A DNA stretch of 64,000 nt from Planctomycetota bacterium (GTDB lineage: Bacteria; Planctomycetota; Brocadiia; JAADGH01), in contig JBFMAD010000002.1 of assembly GCA_040755855.1 (NCBI GenBank), forward strand, positions 160,001 to 224,000, in the 5' to 3' direction. Positions 1 through 9,230 of this stretch are shown here, piece after piece. The first letter of the stretch is position 1, and each line of letters opens with the position of its first letter. The notes under the pieces were generated by a model. The model saw only the letters and a program-made list of their open reading frames with translations, was not told the DNA's origin and did not search any database. A program made the translations under genes and the position numbers.

Positions 1-2
1 GG

Positions 3-1916
3 ATCAGCCAGATCAAGCCCCAGGTGAAAATTGACATCTCCGGCTCGGGCGGCGTGATGAGCTGGGAAGATGTGGTCAAGTACATCCTCGCCGGCGCGAC
101 GGCGGTGCAGACGTGCACGGCCGTGATGCTGAATGGCTACGGGATCATCCGGGAGTTCCTCAACGGCGTGTCGGAATACATGGACCGGAAGGGATACAAG
201 ACCCTCGATGATTTTCGCGGAAACGTCCATTCCAGAATCCTCGGCAACGAAGAGGTGGACCGGCGCAGGAAGGTCTATGCCTCCATTGACCGCAGCCTGG
301 CCGCGCCGTGCAAGGCCGCCTGCCCCGCGGGCGTGCCGGCGCAGTCGTACGTCCGGCTGATCGCCGACCGGAAGTTCGACGAGGCCCTGACGCTGATTCG
401 GTCGAAGAACCCCTTCCAATCCATCTGCGGGCGGGTGTGCTACCACCCCTGCGAGACGGCCTGCACCCGCGGCGACTTAGACGATCCCATCTCCGTCCGC
501 GCCCTGAAGCGATTCGCCTGCGAATGGGGCCGGAAGAACCGGCCGCTCTCGGAGGAACCCATCGAGCGGGCGGCGGACACGGGAAAGAAGGTGGCCATCA
601 TCGGCGCAGGCCCGGCGGGCCTGAGCGCCGCCTTCGACCTGGCGAAGTTGGGCCACGGGGTGACCGTGTTCGAGGGCAGCTCCGCCGCAGGGGGGATGCT
701 GCGTTGGGGCATCCCTGAATATCGCCTCCCGCGAAAATTGTTGGAGGAGGAGATCAACTACATCCGGCGCGCCGGCGTGGACATCCAGCGCAACAAGCGG
801 CTGGGCAAGGATGTTACGCTGGACGGCCTCCGTAGCGACGGCTTCGACGCCGTGCTCATTGCCATCGGCGCATGGCGCAGCGCCGAGATGGGCATCCCGG
901 GCGAAAAGTCCGACGGCGTCGTCGCGGCGCTTGACTTCCTGGCGCCGATCAATCTGGGGAGCAAAATAGACGTGCCGGACCGCGTCGTGGTCGTGGGGGG
1001 AGGCAACTCGGCCATTGACTCCGCGCGCTGTGCGCTCCGGCTTGGCGCGAAGGAGGTCTATCTGGTCTATCGCCGCACGCGCGACGAGATGCCCGCCAGC
1101 GAGGAGGAGATTGACGACGCCGAGGCCGAGGGGGTGCGGATTCTCTACCTGGCCACGCCGGTCAAGGTGGTCCGAAAGAAGGGGAAAGTCGCCGGTCTGG
1201 TGTGCCGAGGCGGATACCTCGGCAAGGCGGGCAAGGACGGCCGCCGCGCGCCTGTGCCGATGGAAGATGTCGAGTATGTGCTGCCGGCCGAGATGATCAT
1301 CACCGCCGTGAGCCAGGCGCCGGACTCCTCGTCCCTCGCGTCGAAGAGGAAGCTCCGCGTCGGAAGGAACGGCACAGTCACGGTCAATGAAGTTACAGGA
1401 GCGACGAACCAAAAGGGCGTCTTCGCCGCGGGCGATGCCGCAGGCCGGCCGGGTTCGGTCATTGAGGCCATTGGCCACGGCAAGCGCGTGGCCATCCACA
1501 TTGACCGCTACCTCAGCGGCCTGGCGGGCATTGATGATAAGGCCGTCGTGCCGAAGTTACGCGAGGTTGACAAACGGTCGGTGATCCGTCGCAACATTGA
1601 CGAACCCCCCGCCGCGCGCGTCGAGGCGGTGAAGCTCTCCCCCGAACGGCGCGCGTCCGATTTTCGTGAAATCGAAAAAACGCTAACGGAGGAGGAAGCC
1701 GTCCGCGAGGCGTCGCGCTGCCTGGCCTGTGGCTGCGGGGTCGGCTGCGGCCTGTGCCACCGGATTTGCCTGCACGACGCCGTCGTGCAGGTCGAGGACG
1801 GCTACCGGATTGACGACCAGAAGTGCCAGGGCTGCGCGCTGTGCGAGCAGCGCTGCCCGAATGAAAATATCACGATGGTCCTGATCGAGAACCCGGAACC
1901 TGTGCCGACAGAATGA
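3..1916 (+). CDS. Dihydroorotate/dihydropyrimidine dehydrogenase-like domain fused to GltD/PreT-like FAD/NAD(P) oxidoreductase and 2x[4Fe-4S] ferredoxin (5'-truncated by window)
   Basis: Frame open from window edge; ISGSGGVMSWEDVVKYILAGATAVQTCT (end of DHODH/PreA barrel); PCKAACP..CGRVCYHPCE, GAGPAG, VVVVGGGNSAID, GVFAAGD (GltD-like); C-terminal CxxCxxCxxxC motifs. Confidence 0.85.
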   Translation: MSQIKPQVKIDISGSGGVMSWEDVVKYILAGATAVQTCTAVMLNGYGIIREFLNGVSEYMDRKGYKTLDDFRGNVHSRILGNEEVDRRRKVYASIDRSLAAPCKAACPAGVPAQSYVRLIADRKFDEALTLIRSKNPFQSICGRVCYHPCETACTRGDLDDPISVRALKRFACEWGRKNRPLSEEPIERAADTGKKVAIIGAGPAGLSAAFDLAKLGHGVTVFEGSSAAGGMLRWGIPEYRLPRKLLEEEINYIRRAGVDIQRNKRLGKDVTLDGLRSDGFDAVLIAIGAWRSAEMGIPGEKSDGVVAALDFLAPINLGSKIDVPDRVVVVGGGNSAIDSARCALRLGAKEVYLVYRRTRDEMPASEEEIDDAEAEGVRILYLATPVKVVRKKGKVAGLVCRGGYLGKAGKDGRRAPVPMEDVEYVLPAEMIITAVSQAPDSSSLASKRKLRVGRNGTVTVNEVTGATNQKGVFAAGDAAGRPGSVIEAIGHGKRVAIHIDRYLSGLAGIDDKAVVPKLREVDKRSVIRRNIDEPPAARVEAVKLSPERRASDFREIEKTLTEEEAVREASRCLACGCGVGCGLCHRICLHDAVVQVEDGYRIDDQKCQGCALCEQRCPNENITMVLIENPEPVPTE

Positions 1917-1922
1917 AAGGCC

Positions 1923-2936
1923 ATGATCGAAAGCCCTCTGCCAGTCGGGAAAGTCCCCCCCCAAATTCTCCGCAGATGCCTGGCATCAAACAAGATTATG
2001 GACAAGCGCGTCATCGTCGGTCCGGGCATCGGCGAGGACGCGGCGGTGATTGACTTCGGCGAGACCTATCTCGTGGCGAAGACCGACCCGATCACCTTCG
2101 CCACCGACCGTATCGGCTGGTACTCGATCCACATCAACGCGAACGACATCGCCACGATGGGGGCGCGGCCGCGCTGGTTCCTCGGTACGGTTCTCTTCCC
2201 GGAAGGGCAGACTGACGAGGCGCTTGTCGAGAAGGTCTTCGACGACATCCGAACCACGTGTAACGATCTCGACATCGAGCTGGTCGGCGGGCACATGGAG
2301 ATCGCCTACGGAATGCCGCGCACGATCGTCGTCGGCCAGATGCTCGGCGAGGTGAGCAAGGACAAACTGGTGCGCAGCGAGAACGCCCGTCCCGGCGACG
2401 ACGTCATCCTGACGAAGGGCATCGCCGTCGAGGCCACGTCCATCATCGCCCGCGAGAAGGCCGAGCAACTGCGCGGCAAGTTCGACGAGCCCTTTCTCGA
2501 ACGGTGCCGCAATTTCTTGACCGACCCGGGGATCAGCGTCGTCACGGACGCCCTCACGGCGAATGAGGCCGCGGCGGTCCATGCCATGCACGATCCCACC
2601 GAGGGCGGCCTGGCCACGGGGCTGCGGGAGCTGGCCGAGGCGGCGGGGTGCGGCATCCGTGTGGACGCGAAGCGGATTCATGTGTTCGACGAGTGCAAGG
2701 ATCTGTGCGCGCACTTCGGTCTCGACCCGCTCGGCGTGATCGCGTCCGGCGCGCTCCTCATCGCCGTCGCTCCCGCCGACACGGAAAACGTCTTGCAGGC
2801 CCTGGCCTCGGAAGGTATAAAGGCGAGCGTTATCGGTCGGCTCACGGAAAAGTCGGATGGACTGAAGATGGAATCGAAGGGGACGGTGCGAGACTTGCCC
2901 GCCTTCCCGGCCGACGAGATCGCAAGGCTCTTCTGA
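1923..2936 (+). CDS. AIR synthase-related (PurM/HypE/ThiL superfamily) protein
   Basis: GEDAAV, KTDPITF, NANDIATMGA, GGHME, MHDPTEGGL motifs. Confidence 0.85.
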   Translation: MIESPLPVGKVPPQILRRCLASNKIMDKRVIVGPGIGEDAAVIDFGETYLVAKTDPITFATDRIGWYSIHINANDIATMGARPRWFLGTVLFPEGQTDEALVEKVFDDIRTTCNDLDIELVGGHMEIAYGMPRTIVVGQMLGEVSKDKLVRSENARPGDDVILTKGIAVEATSIIAREKAEQLRGKFDEPFLERCRNFLTDPGISVVTDALTANEAAAVHAMHDPTEGGLATGLRELAEAAGCGIRVDAKRIHVFDECKDLCAHFGLDPLGVIASGALLIAVAPADTENVLQALASEGIKASVIGRLTEKSDGLKMESKGTVRDLPAFPADEIARLF

Positions 2937-2945
2937 GATCGTGGT

Positions 2946-4067
2946 ATGGACATTGCAAAGATTCGCGAGCAGTTTCCCATTACGAAGCGCCTTATCTTCA
3001 TGGACCACGCCGGCGTCGCGCCGATATCGAACTGCACCCGCGACGCCATGACGGAGACGCTGCGCGAGATCAACGAGTCCGCCGCCGCACGAAGCGGTGA
3101 ATGGGACCGCAAGATTCGCCGCGCCCGCGAAGGGGCGGCGGAGCTCATCGGGGCATCCGCCGGGGAAATCGCTTTTGTGAAAAATACGACGGAGGGCATC
3201 CTTATCGTCGCCAACGGGATCGCTTGGCGCAAGGGCGACAACATCGTCGTGCCCGACCAGGAGTTCCCCGCCAACGTCTATCCCTGGTGGAACCTGAAAC
3301 GGCTCGGCGTCGAGACCCGGATGGTTCCGGTGATGGACGGCCGTGTGCCCATTGAGGAGATCGAGGTGCTCGTTGATGACCGCACGCGCTGCATCGCCAT
3401 CAGCTTTGTCCAGTTCTCCAGTGGCTTCCGGGCCGATCTGAAGCGGATCGGCGAGATGTGCGCGGAGCGCGGCATCTTTTTCTGCGTGGACGCCATCCAG
3501 GGACTCGGCGCGCTGCGGCTCGACGTGAAGGAGTGCAAGATCCACTTCCTCTCCGCCGACGGGCACAAGTGGCTCCTCGGTCCGGAGGGGGCGGGGATTT
3601 TCTACTGCGATGAGGCGATGCTGGACCGTCTGGCGGTGGCGGGGCTCGGATGGATGAGCGTCATAAATCCCAGCGATTACCTGCCTTACCACATGACCCT
3701 GCACCCGGACGCACGGCGGTTCGAGTGCGGATCGTATAACACGGTGGGCATCATCGGCCTGGGGGCGTCGTTGGACTTCCTGCTGGAGATCGGCATTGAG
3801 AGCATCGAGGCCCAGGTCATCGCGCTCACCGACAAGCTGTGCGCGGGCCTGATTAACAAGGGGTATGACATCTACAGCCCGCGGGGGCCGGGCGAGAAGT
3901 CGGGAATCGTCTGCTTTTCGCATGTCGAGCATGACAGCAAAGACCTCGTGCGCATGTTGACAGAGAACAGCGTCGTGACGCGGGTACGATCCGGCCGTGT
4001 GCGGCTGTCGCCGCATTTTTACAATAGCGAAGAAGAGATTGACCGGGTGCTGGCATTGCTTCCGTAG
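2946..4067 (+). CDS. Aminotransferase class V (cysteine desulfurase-like, PLP)
   Basis: DAIQGLG, ADGHKWLLGPEG (PLP lysine), RLSPHFYN. Confidence 0.9.
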   Translation: MDIAKIREQFPITKRLIFMDHAGVAPISNCTRDAMTETLREINESAAARSGEWDRKIRRAREGAAELIGASAGEIAFVKNTTEGILIVANGIAWRKGDNIVVPDQEFPANVYPWWNLKRLGVETRMVPVMDGRVPIEEIEVLVDDRTRCIAISFVQFSSGFRADLKRIGEMCAERGIFFCVDAIQGLGALRLDVKECKIHFLSADGHKWLLGPEGAGIFYCDEAMLDRLAVAGLGWMSVINPSDYLPYHMTLHPDARRFECGSYNTVGIIGLGASLDFLLEIGIESIEAQVIALTDKLCAGLINKGYDIYSPRGPGEKSGIVCFSHVEHDSKDLVRMLTENSVVTRVRSGRVRLSPHFYNSEEEIDRVLALLP

Positions 4068-4153
4068 CTGAACTCGTCGTAGCTGAACTCGCCAGAGTTC
4101 AGGCTCTTCGACGGGGCAGTGCGATTCGTCGGAAGTCTGGCGACTTCCGCTAC
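4064..4153. repeat. GTAG-tagged REP-like inverted doublet, copy 1
   Basis: GTAG-CTGAACTC-GCCA-GAGTTCAG ... CGGAAGTC-TGGC-GACTTCCG-CTAC; related copies at 8281, 9115, 10664, 31730. Confidence 0.85.
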
Positions 4154-4175
4154 AAGAAATTGGAGTGTTGAGGAA

Positions 4176-5624
4176 ATGGCAAAGAAGCAAAACCCATTCG
4201 AACGATATAGTAACCCGCTCATCGAACGATATGCGGGCGAGGAGATGATCCGAAACTTCTCCGAGGCGCGGAAGGTCGGCCTCTGGCGGCGCTTGTGGAT
4301 CGCCCTGGCCGAGGCGGAGCGCGAACTCGGCCTCGACATCACGGCGGAACAGATTCGGGAGATGAAGCGCTTCCAGGACGACATCAACTTCGACGTCGCC
4401 CGCGAGCAGGAGCGAATGGTCCGGCACGACGTCATGGCGCACGTTCACGCCTTCGGCCTGCAATGCCCCAAGGCTAAGCCCATCATCCACCTCGGCGCGA
4501 CGAGCTGCTACGTGGGCGACAACGCTGAGCTGATCCAGATTCGCGACGCCTTGAGGATCGCGCAAAAAAATCTCGTCAATGTAATTGACGTCCTTGCGAA
4601 ATTCGCCCTCGCGCACAAGGACCTGCCCACCCTCGGCTTCACCCACCTCCAGCCCGCCCAGCCGACCACGGTGGGCAAGCGCGCCTGCCTCTGGATTCAG
4701 GACCTGGTCCTCGACATAGAGGAGGTCGAATACCGCATCGAGACGCTGCGCTTCCTCGGCGCCAAGGGGACCACGGGGACGCAGGCCAGTTTCCTTGCCC
4801 TGTTCAACGGCAGTCACAGCAAGGTCAAGCGGCTCGATCAACGGGTGGCCGCGAAAATGGGTTTCAAGAAGACCTACGCCGTCACCGGCCAGACCTATCC
4901 CCGGAAGGTGGATGCCCAGGTCCTGGCCGCGCTGGCGGGGATCGCCCAGTCGGCGCAGAAGTTCGCCGGCGACCTGCGGCTCCTCCAGAGTATGAAGGAG
5001 ATCGAGGAACCTTTTGAGAGCGGCCAGATCGGCTCGTCGGCCATGGCCTACAAACGCAATCCGATGCGGTGCGAGCGGATGGCCTCGCTGGCGCGGTTCG
5101 TCATCTGCACGTCATTGAATCCCGCCATCACCGCCGCCGAACAGTGGTTCGAGCGGACGCTGGACGATTCGGCTAACAAGCGGCTCACCATCCCGGAGGC
5201 GTTCCTGGCCGTGGACGCCATCCTGTCCATCTACCTGAACGTGGCGGCGGGTCTCGTGGTGCGACCCAAGATGATCCGGCGGCGTCTCATGGAAGAGCTC
5301 CCCTTCATGGCGACGGAGGAGATTCTCATGGCGGCGGTCAAGGCCGGCGGGGACCGGCAATTCCTGCACGAGCGCATCCGCATCCACTCCACCGAGGCGG
5401 CCAACCGGGTGAAAGACGAGGGGGGATCGAACGACCTGTTAGAGCGCCTGGCCAACGATCCGGCCTTTGCCAGGATTGCCGACGCGATTCCCGCGCTCAC
5501 CGACCCCGCACGCTTCGTGGGCCGCGCCCCGCAGCAGATGGCGGAGTTCATCAAATCGGTGGTCGGACCGATCCGAAAGCGATACGCCGCCGTCCTCGGC
5601 GCCCGCGCGGAACTGAAGGTGTAG
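4176..5624 (+). CDS. purB: Adenylosuccinate lyase
   Basis: [37 protein letters not shown] signature; ATG 4176 after GAGGAA. Confidence 0.95.
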   Translation: MAKKQNPFERYSNPLIERYAGEEMIRNFSEARKVGLWRRLWIALAEAERELGLDITAEQIREMKRFQDDINFDVAREQERMVRHDVMAHVHAFGLQCPKAKPIIHLGATSCYVGDNAELIQIRDALRIAQKNLVNVIDVLAKFALAHKDLPTLGFTHLQPAQPTTVGKRACLWIQDLVLDIEEVEYRIETLRFLGAKGTTGTQASFLALFNGSHSKVKRLDQRVAAKMGFKKTYAVTGQTYPRKVDAQVLAALAGIAQSAQKFAGDLRLLQSMKEIEEPFESGQIGSSAMAYKRNPMRCERMASLARFVICTSLNPAITAAEQWFERTLDDSANKRLTIPEAFLAVDAILSIYLNVAAGLVVRPKMIRRRLMEELPFMATEEILMAAVKAGGDRQFLHERIRIHSTEAANRVKDEGGSNDLLERLANDPAFARIADAIPALTDPARFVGRAPQQMAEFIKSVVGPIRKRYAAVLGARAELKV

Positions 5625-5643
5625 CGTCTCAAGGGAGTATCTT

Positions 5644-6888
5644 ATGTTGGGTCCTCTGGGCGACGAAAAACGACGGTGGGGGTGCGGCAGGACGGCAGGG
5701 ATCGGTTGTCTCGTCTTCACAGTTCTTGCCGTCATAGGGATCGTCTGGTTCCTGCGGTTCCTGGTGGCGCCCGGAAACGTTCCTTCGGCGGAGGTATTCA
5801 TCACGCCCGAATGCAAAGGTTTTCTGATCGTTCGGATTCGTCCGGGCGACCAAGGCGTCATGGCGTTCTTGGTGGATCGGGAGAAAAAGTTCCAGAAGCA
5901 GCTGCAGAGCGGCGAGGCCACTCGTCCCCCGTGGATCTTCCGCCAGTTGCTTGGCGAGACGCCGTCCCAGACGTGGAAAAAGCTCATGCCCATCCAGATG
6001 GTCTGGACGGTGGAGCGGTGGCCGGAGTCCAAGAAGGTCGAAGGCATGTCCATGTTCAGCATGGCCCGCGGCAAGGGGGTCTTCTGGGGATTGCGTTCAC
6101 AACTGATGAGGAGCGCCGAGGGCGCCGAGTCGGCGGGCAAGTATAAAGAGAGACAGATCATTCTCCTCAAGGAGCCTTCCGTCGAAAAGAAAGGTCCGGA
6201 GAACTCTCGAGAAGGAAAGGAGGGGCGGACGGACCTCGGCGAAGGCAAAGCGCCGGCGGGGACGCCCATCCTTGGCCTGAACAAGCCGACCACGTATCCC
6301 TGGGTCACGATATTCGAAACCACCTTGCTCGAGGCCAGCTCGTTCGAGGGCATGAAAAGGGCCATTGACCTGGCGGCGGACGCCAATGCCGGATTCGCGG
6401 GCAAGGACTTCATCAAGTCGGCCTATGAATCCTTCGACAAAGAGAAGGAAGCCATCGGCGCGCTCGCCGACGAAGAGGAGACGGCGGCGCAGGTGATGAC
6501 ATACCTGTTGGCCCAGCTTTCGCCGGAGGAACAAACGACCATCCAGGAGCGGGTAAAACTTTCCGGCATCCGGACGCTGAGCGGATGGGCGGATATTGCC
6601 GCCGCCGACCGGGCCCATGCGCGTATCGAGGCCGTCTGCGCCGACGAGAAGAAGGCCCAGGCCGTCCATTCGACGCTGGCTATCGAGCTGGGCGCAATGC
6701 AGGATAAGAAGTCCATCGAGGCGCTGGCCCTTTCGGTGGAGGGGCCGAAAGTGTCCATCGAGTTCGATGTGACCGACCTCGACGACCTGCCGCGCGGGGA
6801 GCGAGAAAAGCGAGAGAAGGCCAGAAATAAACTCGAAGAACAGGCGAAGAAAAAGACGAAAAATGGCGACGCTGACGATAATCACTGA
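5644..6888 (+). CDS. Hypothetical protein with N-terminal transmembrane anchor
   Basis: GGGAG RBS; hydrophobic segment GIGCLVFTVLAVIGIVWFL; fills gap between purB and thiE. Confidence 0.7.
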   Translation: MLGPLGDEKRRWGCGRTAGIGCLVFTVLAVIGIVWFLRFLVAPGNVPSAEVFITPECKGFLIVRIRPGDQGVMAFLVDREKKFQKQLQSGEATRPPWIFRQLLGETPSQTWKKLMPIQMVWTVERWPESKKVEGMSMFSMARGKGVFWGLRSQLMRSAEGAESAGKYKERQIILLKEPSVEKKGPENSREGKEGRTDLGEGKAPAGTPILGLNKPTTYPWVTIFETTLLEASSFEGMKRAIDLAADANAGFAGKDFIKSAYESFDKEKEAIGALADEEETAAQVMTYLLAQLSPEEQTTIQERVKLSGIRTLSGWADIAAADRAHARIEAVCADEKKAQAVHSTLAIELGAMQDKKSIEALALSVEGPKVSIEFDVTDLDDLPRGEREKREKARNKLEEQAKKKTKNGDADDNH

Positions 6889-7498
6889 TCGAACGCTGTG
6901 CGCGCGGCCGCTGCGGCGGACGGTCCGCGAGGCCATCGCCGGCGGCGCGGATGTGGTGCAGCTTCGGGAGAAGGACCTCAGCGACCGCGAGCTTCTTGCG
7001 CTTGCCCGGTCGCTGAAGGAGGCCCTGTCGGGGACCAACGCGAAGCTCGTCATCAATCATGCAATTGACGTGGCCGTCGCGGCCGATGCGGACGGAGTGC
7101 ATCTCGGGTGGCGATCCCTCGGCCCGGAGGAGGCCCGGAGGGCGCTCGGTCCCGGCAAGTTGATCGGGGTCTCGGTCCACTCCGTGGAGGAGATGCAGAA
7201 TGCCGAGTTCGGCGGCGCGGATTACGTCCACTACGGCCCGATCTTTGAGACCCCGTCGAAGAAGGGCCGACTGGCGCCCGTCGGCTGCGAGGGGTTGAGA
7301 GAACTCAAGCAAAAGGCGTCCATCCCGGTCATCGCCGTCGGCGGCATCTCCGAGGAACGGGCGGCGGATGTGATCGCGGCCGGGGCGGACGGAATTGCCG
7401 TGATTTCCGCCGTCATGGCCTCGCCGAACCCCCAGGTCGCCGTCAAGCGGCTGAAGCGCGAGATGGAGTTCGGCCGGATGAAGGCAGGGCGACCATGA
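6863..7498 (+). CDS. thiE: Thiamine-phosphate synthase
   Basis: [27 protein letters not shown] motifs. Confidence 0.92.
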   Translation: MATLTIITDRTLCARPLRRTVREAIAGGADVVQLREKDLSDRELLALARSLKEALSGTNAKLVINHAIDVAVAADADGVHLGWRSLGPEEARRALGPGKLIGVSVHSVEEMQNAEFGGADYVHYGPIFETPSKKGRLAPVGCEGLRELKQKASIPVIAVGGISEERAADVIAAGADGIAVISAVMASPNPQVAVKRLKREMEFGRMKAGRP

Positions 7499-8310
7499 AG
7501 AATATCGCGCGGGTCCTCACCATCGCCGGGTCCGACTCCGGCGGGGGCGCGGGCATCCAGGCCGACCTCAAGACCATCACCGTCCTCGGCGGCTACGGCA
7601 TGAGCGCCATCACGGCCCTCACCGCCCAGAATACACAGGGCGTCCGGGCCGTGCATCCGGTCCCGCCCGATTTTGTCGCGGCCCAGATCGAGGCCGTCCT
7701 CTCCGACATCGGCGCCGACGCGGTCAAGACAGGCATGTTGGCCGGCCCGGAGATCGTGGCCGTCGTGGCCGAGGCGATCCAAAAACACCGCATGGATAAG
7801 GTCGTGATTGACCCGGTGATGGTCGCCAAGAGCGGCGATGCGCTTCTCTCCCCCGATGGGGAAAAAGCAATGCTCGAGATCATGGTCCCCCTCGCCTGCG
7901 TCCTGACCCCGAATATCCCCGAGGCCGAGCGGATGACGGGCCTGACGATCAAGGGGATCGAGCAGATGGAGCAGGCCGCCGCGGCGCTGGCGGAGAGGGG
8001 CGCTCGACACGTCCTCGTCAAGGGGGGGCACCTGCCGGACGCGGCAACCGATGTCCTCTATGACGGGGATCGGTTTCACCATCTCTCTGCCGAGCGCATC
8101 GCCACGAAGAACACGCACGGGACAGGCTGCACCTACTCGGCGGCCATCGCGACGGGGTTGGCGCAGGGGCTGGATGTGCTTGGGGCGGTGCAGATGGCGA
8201 AGGCGTATGTCACGAAGGCGATTCAGCACTCGCTGGCGCTTGGCCGGGGGGCGGGTCCACTCGATCATGCGGCAGCCGCGCGTAGCCGGACTCGCCGTAG
8301 TCGTAGCTGA
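7495..8310 (+). CDS. thiD: Hydroxymethylpyrimidine/phosphomethylpyrimidine kinase
   Basis: [34 protein letters not shown] overlap with thiE. Confidence 0.95.
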   Translation: MKNIARVLTIAGSDSGGGAGIQADLKTITVLGGYGMSAITALTAQNTQGVRAVHPVPPDFVAAQIEAVLSDIGADAVKTGMLAGPEIVAVVAEAIQKHRMDKVVIDPVMVAKSGDALLSPDGEKAMLEIMVPLACVLTPNIPEAERMTGLTIKGIEQMEQAAAALAERGARHVLVKGGHLPDAATDVLYDGDRFHHLSAERIATKNTHGTGCTYSAAIATGLAQGLDVLGAVQMAKAYVTKAIQHSLALGRGAGPLDHAAAARSRTRRSRS

Positions 8311-8388
8311 ATTCGCCAGAATTCAGACAGGACGAATGAGACGCCCCGTACCGGCGAACAGGATCGGAAGTCTTGCGACTTCCGCTAC
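8281..8388. repeat. GTAG-tagged REP-like inverted doublet, copy 2
   Basis: GTAG-CTGAATTC-GCCA-GAATTCAG ... CGGAAGTC-TTGC-GACTTCCG-CTAC between convergent genes. Confidence 0.85.
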
Positions 8389-9077
8389 TTCGCGTCCCAG
8401 AGGCAGGCGTCGCTCCCCTCGTCCGGCTCGATGATGTCCCCTACCAGATAGCTCTTCACCGACCCGTTCACCATGAGGCAGTTGACATTCTTGGCGTGCC
8501 TCGGCATGGGCCGCACGGGGTCTTCGGCCCAGTACTTATCTTTCGTGCTCACCCGGCAGTAGTTGGGCGCATCCTCCGGGGTTTCCTCCCAGGCATCGGC
8601 CGACTGGTTCTTGGTTTCCGCAGTCACCTTCCCTGCATCGAGGGCGTAGATCGTGCGCGCCGGGTCCTTGATGTCTCGCAGCCTGACGCACGTCGGTTTC
8701 TTCGTCGTCGCCTTGTTCCATATGAAGGTCTGCCAGTTGACGGCGTAGCCGACGTTCGTCCCCAGCTTCCCTGCGCACGCGAACACGGCGGGGTAGTCGC
8801 TGCCGAGAAACTCCTTTAGACAGTCCCGCCAAGGCACGGTTTCCCCTTGGGGATTGCACCACTGAACGGGGGGAACGAATTCGTTGAAGTCATTTGCATA
8901 CTGCTGCATTGCCATGCCGATCTTGCGCAGGTTCGCCCTGCACTTGGCGGAGACGGCGTCGCTTGCCATCTTCACAAAGATCGGCCGAAGCAGCAGCACA
9001 ATCGCCACAAGAATGACGATTACGATGATCAGGCCTTTGAGCGTAATGCCGCGAGTTCCTTGAAGTGTACCGCGCAT
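8385..9077 (-). CDS. Prepilin-like / DUF1559-type protein
   Basis: RGITLKGLIIVIVILVAIVLLL, C-x2-NLRKIGMAMQQYAND, C-terminal RH-x9-NG variant of H-X9-DG. Confidence 0.8.
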   Translation of the reverse strand: MRGTLQGTRGITLKGLIIVIVILVAIVLLLRPIFVKMASDAVSAKCRANLRKIGMAMQQYANDFNEFVPPVQWCNPQGETVPWRDCLKEFLGSDYPAVFACAGKLGTNVGYAVNWQTFIWNKATTKKPTCVRLRDIKDPARTIYALDAGKVTAETKNQSADAWEETPEDAPNYCRVSTKDKYWAEDPVRPMPRHAKNVNCLMVNGSVKSYLVGDIIEPDEGSDACLWDAK

Positions 9078-9114
9078 GACAATCCCCTCACTCAAAAAAC
9101 ACTTGCCGCATCCA

Positions 9115-9230
9115 GTATCTGAACTCGCCAGAGTTCAGGTCTTCGACCGCGCAACGCCCCTGGATTCCCGCTTTCGCGGGAATGACGTGCGGGCGTCGGA
9201 AGTCTGGCGACTTCCGCTACTGTCCGCTAC
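9115..9230. repeat. GTAG-tagged REP-like doublet, copy 3, with nested CGTC-type palindrome
   Basis: GTAT-CTGAACTC-GCCA-GAGTTCAG ... GGATTCCCGCTTTCGCGGGAATGACG ... CGGAAGTCTGGCGACTTCCGCTAC. Confidence 0.85.

Noticed and set aside
1986..4841. 951-aa minus-strand ORF and similar long antisense ORFs (e.g. 11356-13557, 17404-19536, 20645-22414, 58423-60753)
   Set aside because: Shadow frames opposite well-supported genes in high-GC DNA; no recognisable motifs.
5625..6863. TPP riboswitch upstream of thiE/thiD
   Set aside because: No intergenic space (thiE overlaps the upstream CDS) and no TPP aptamer consensus seen.
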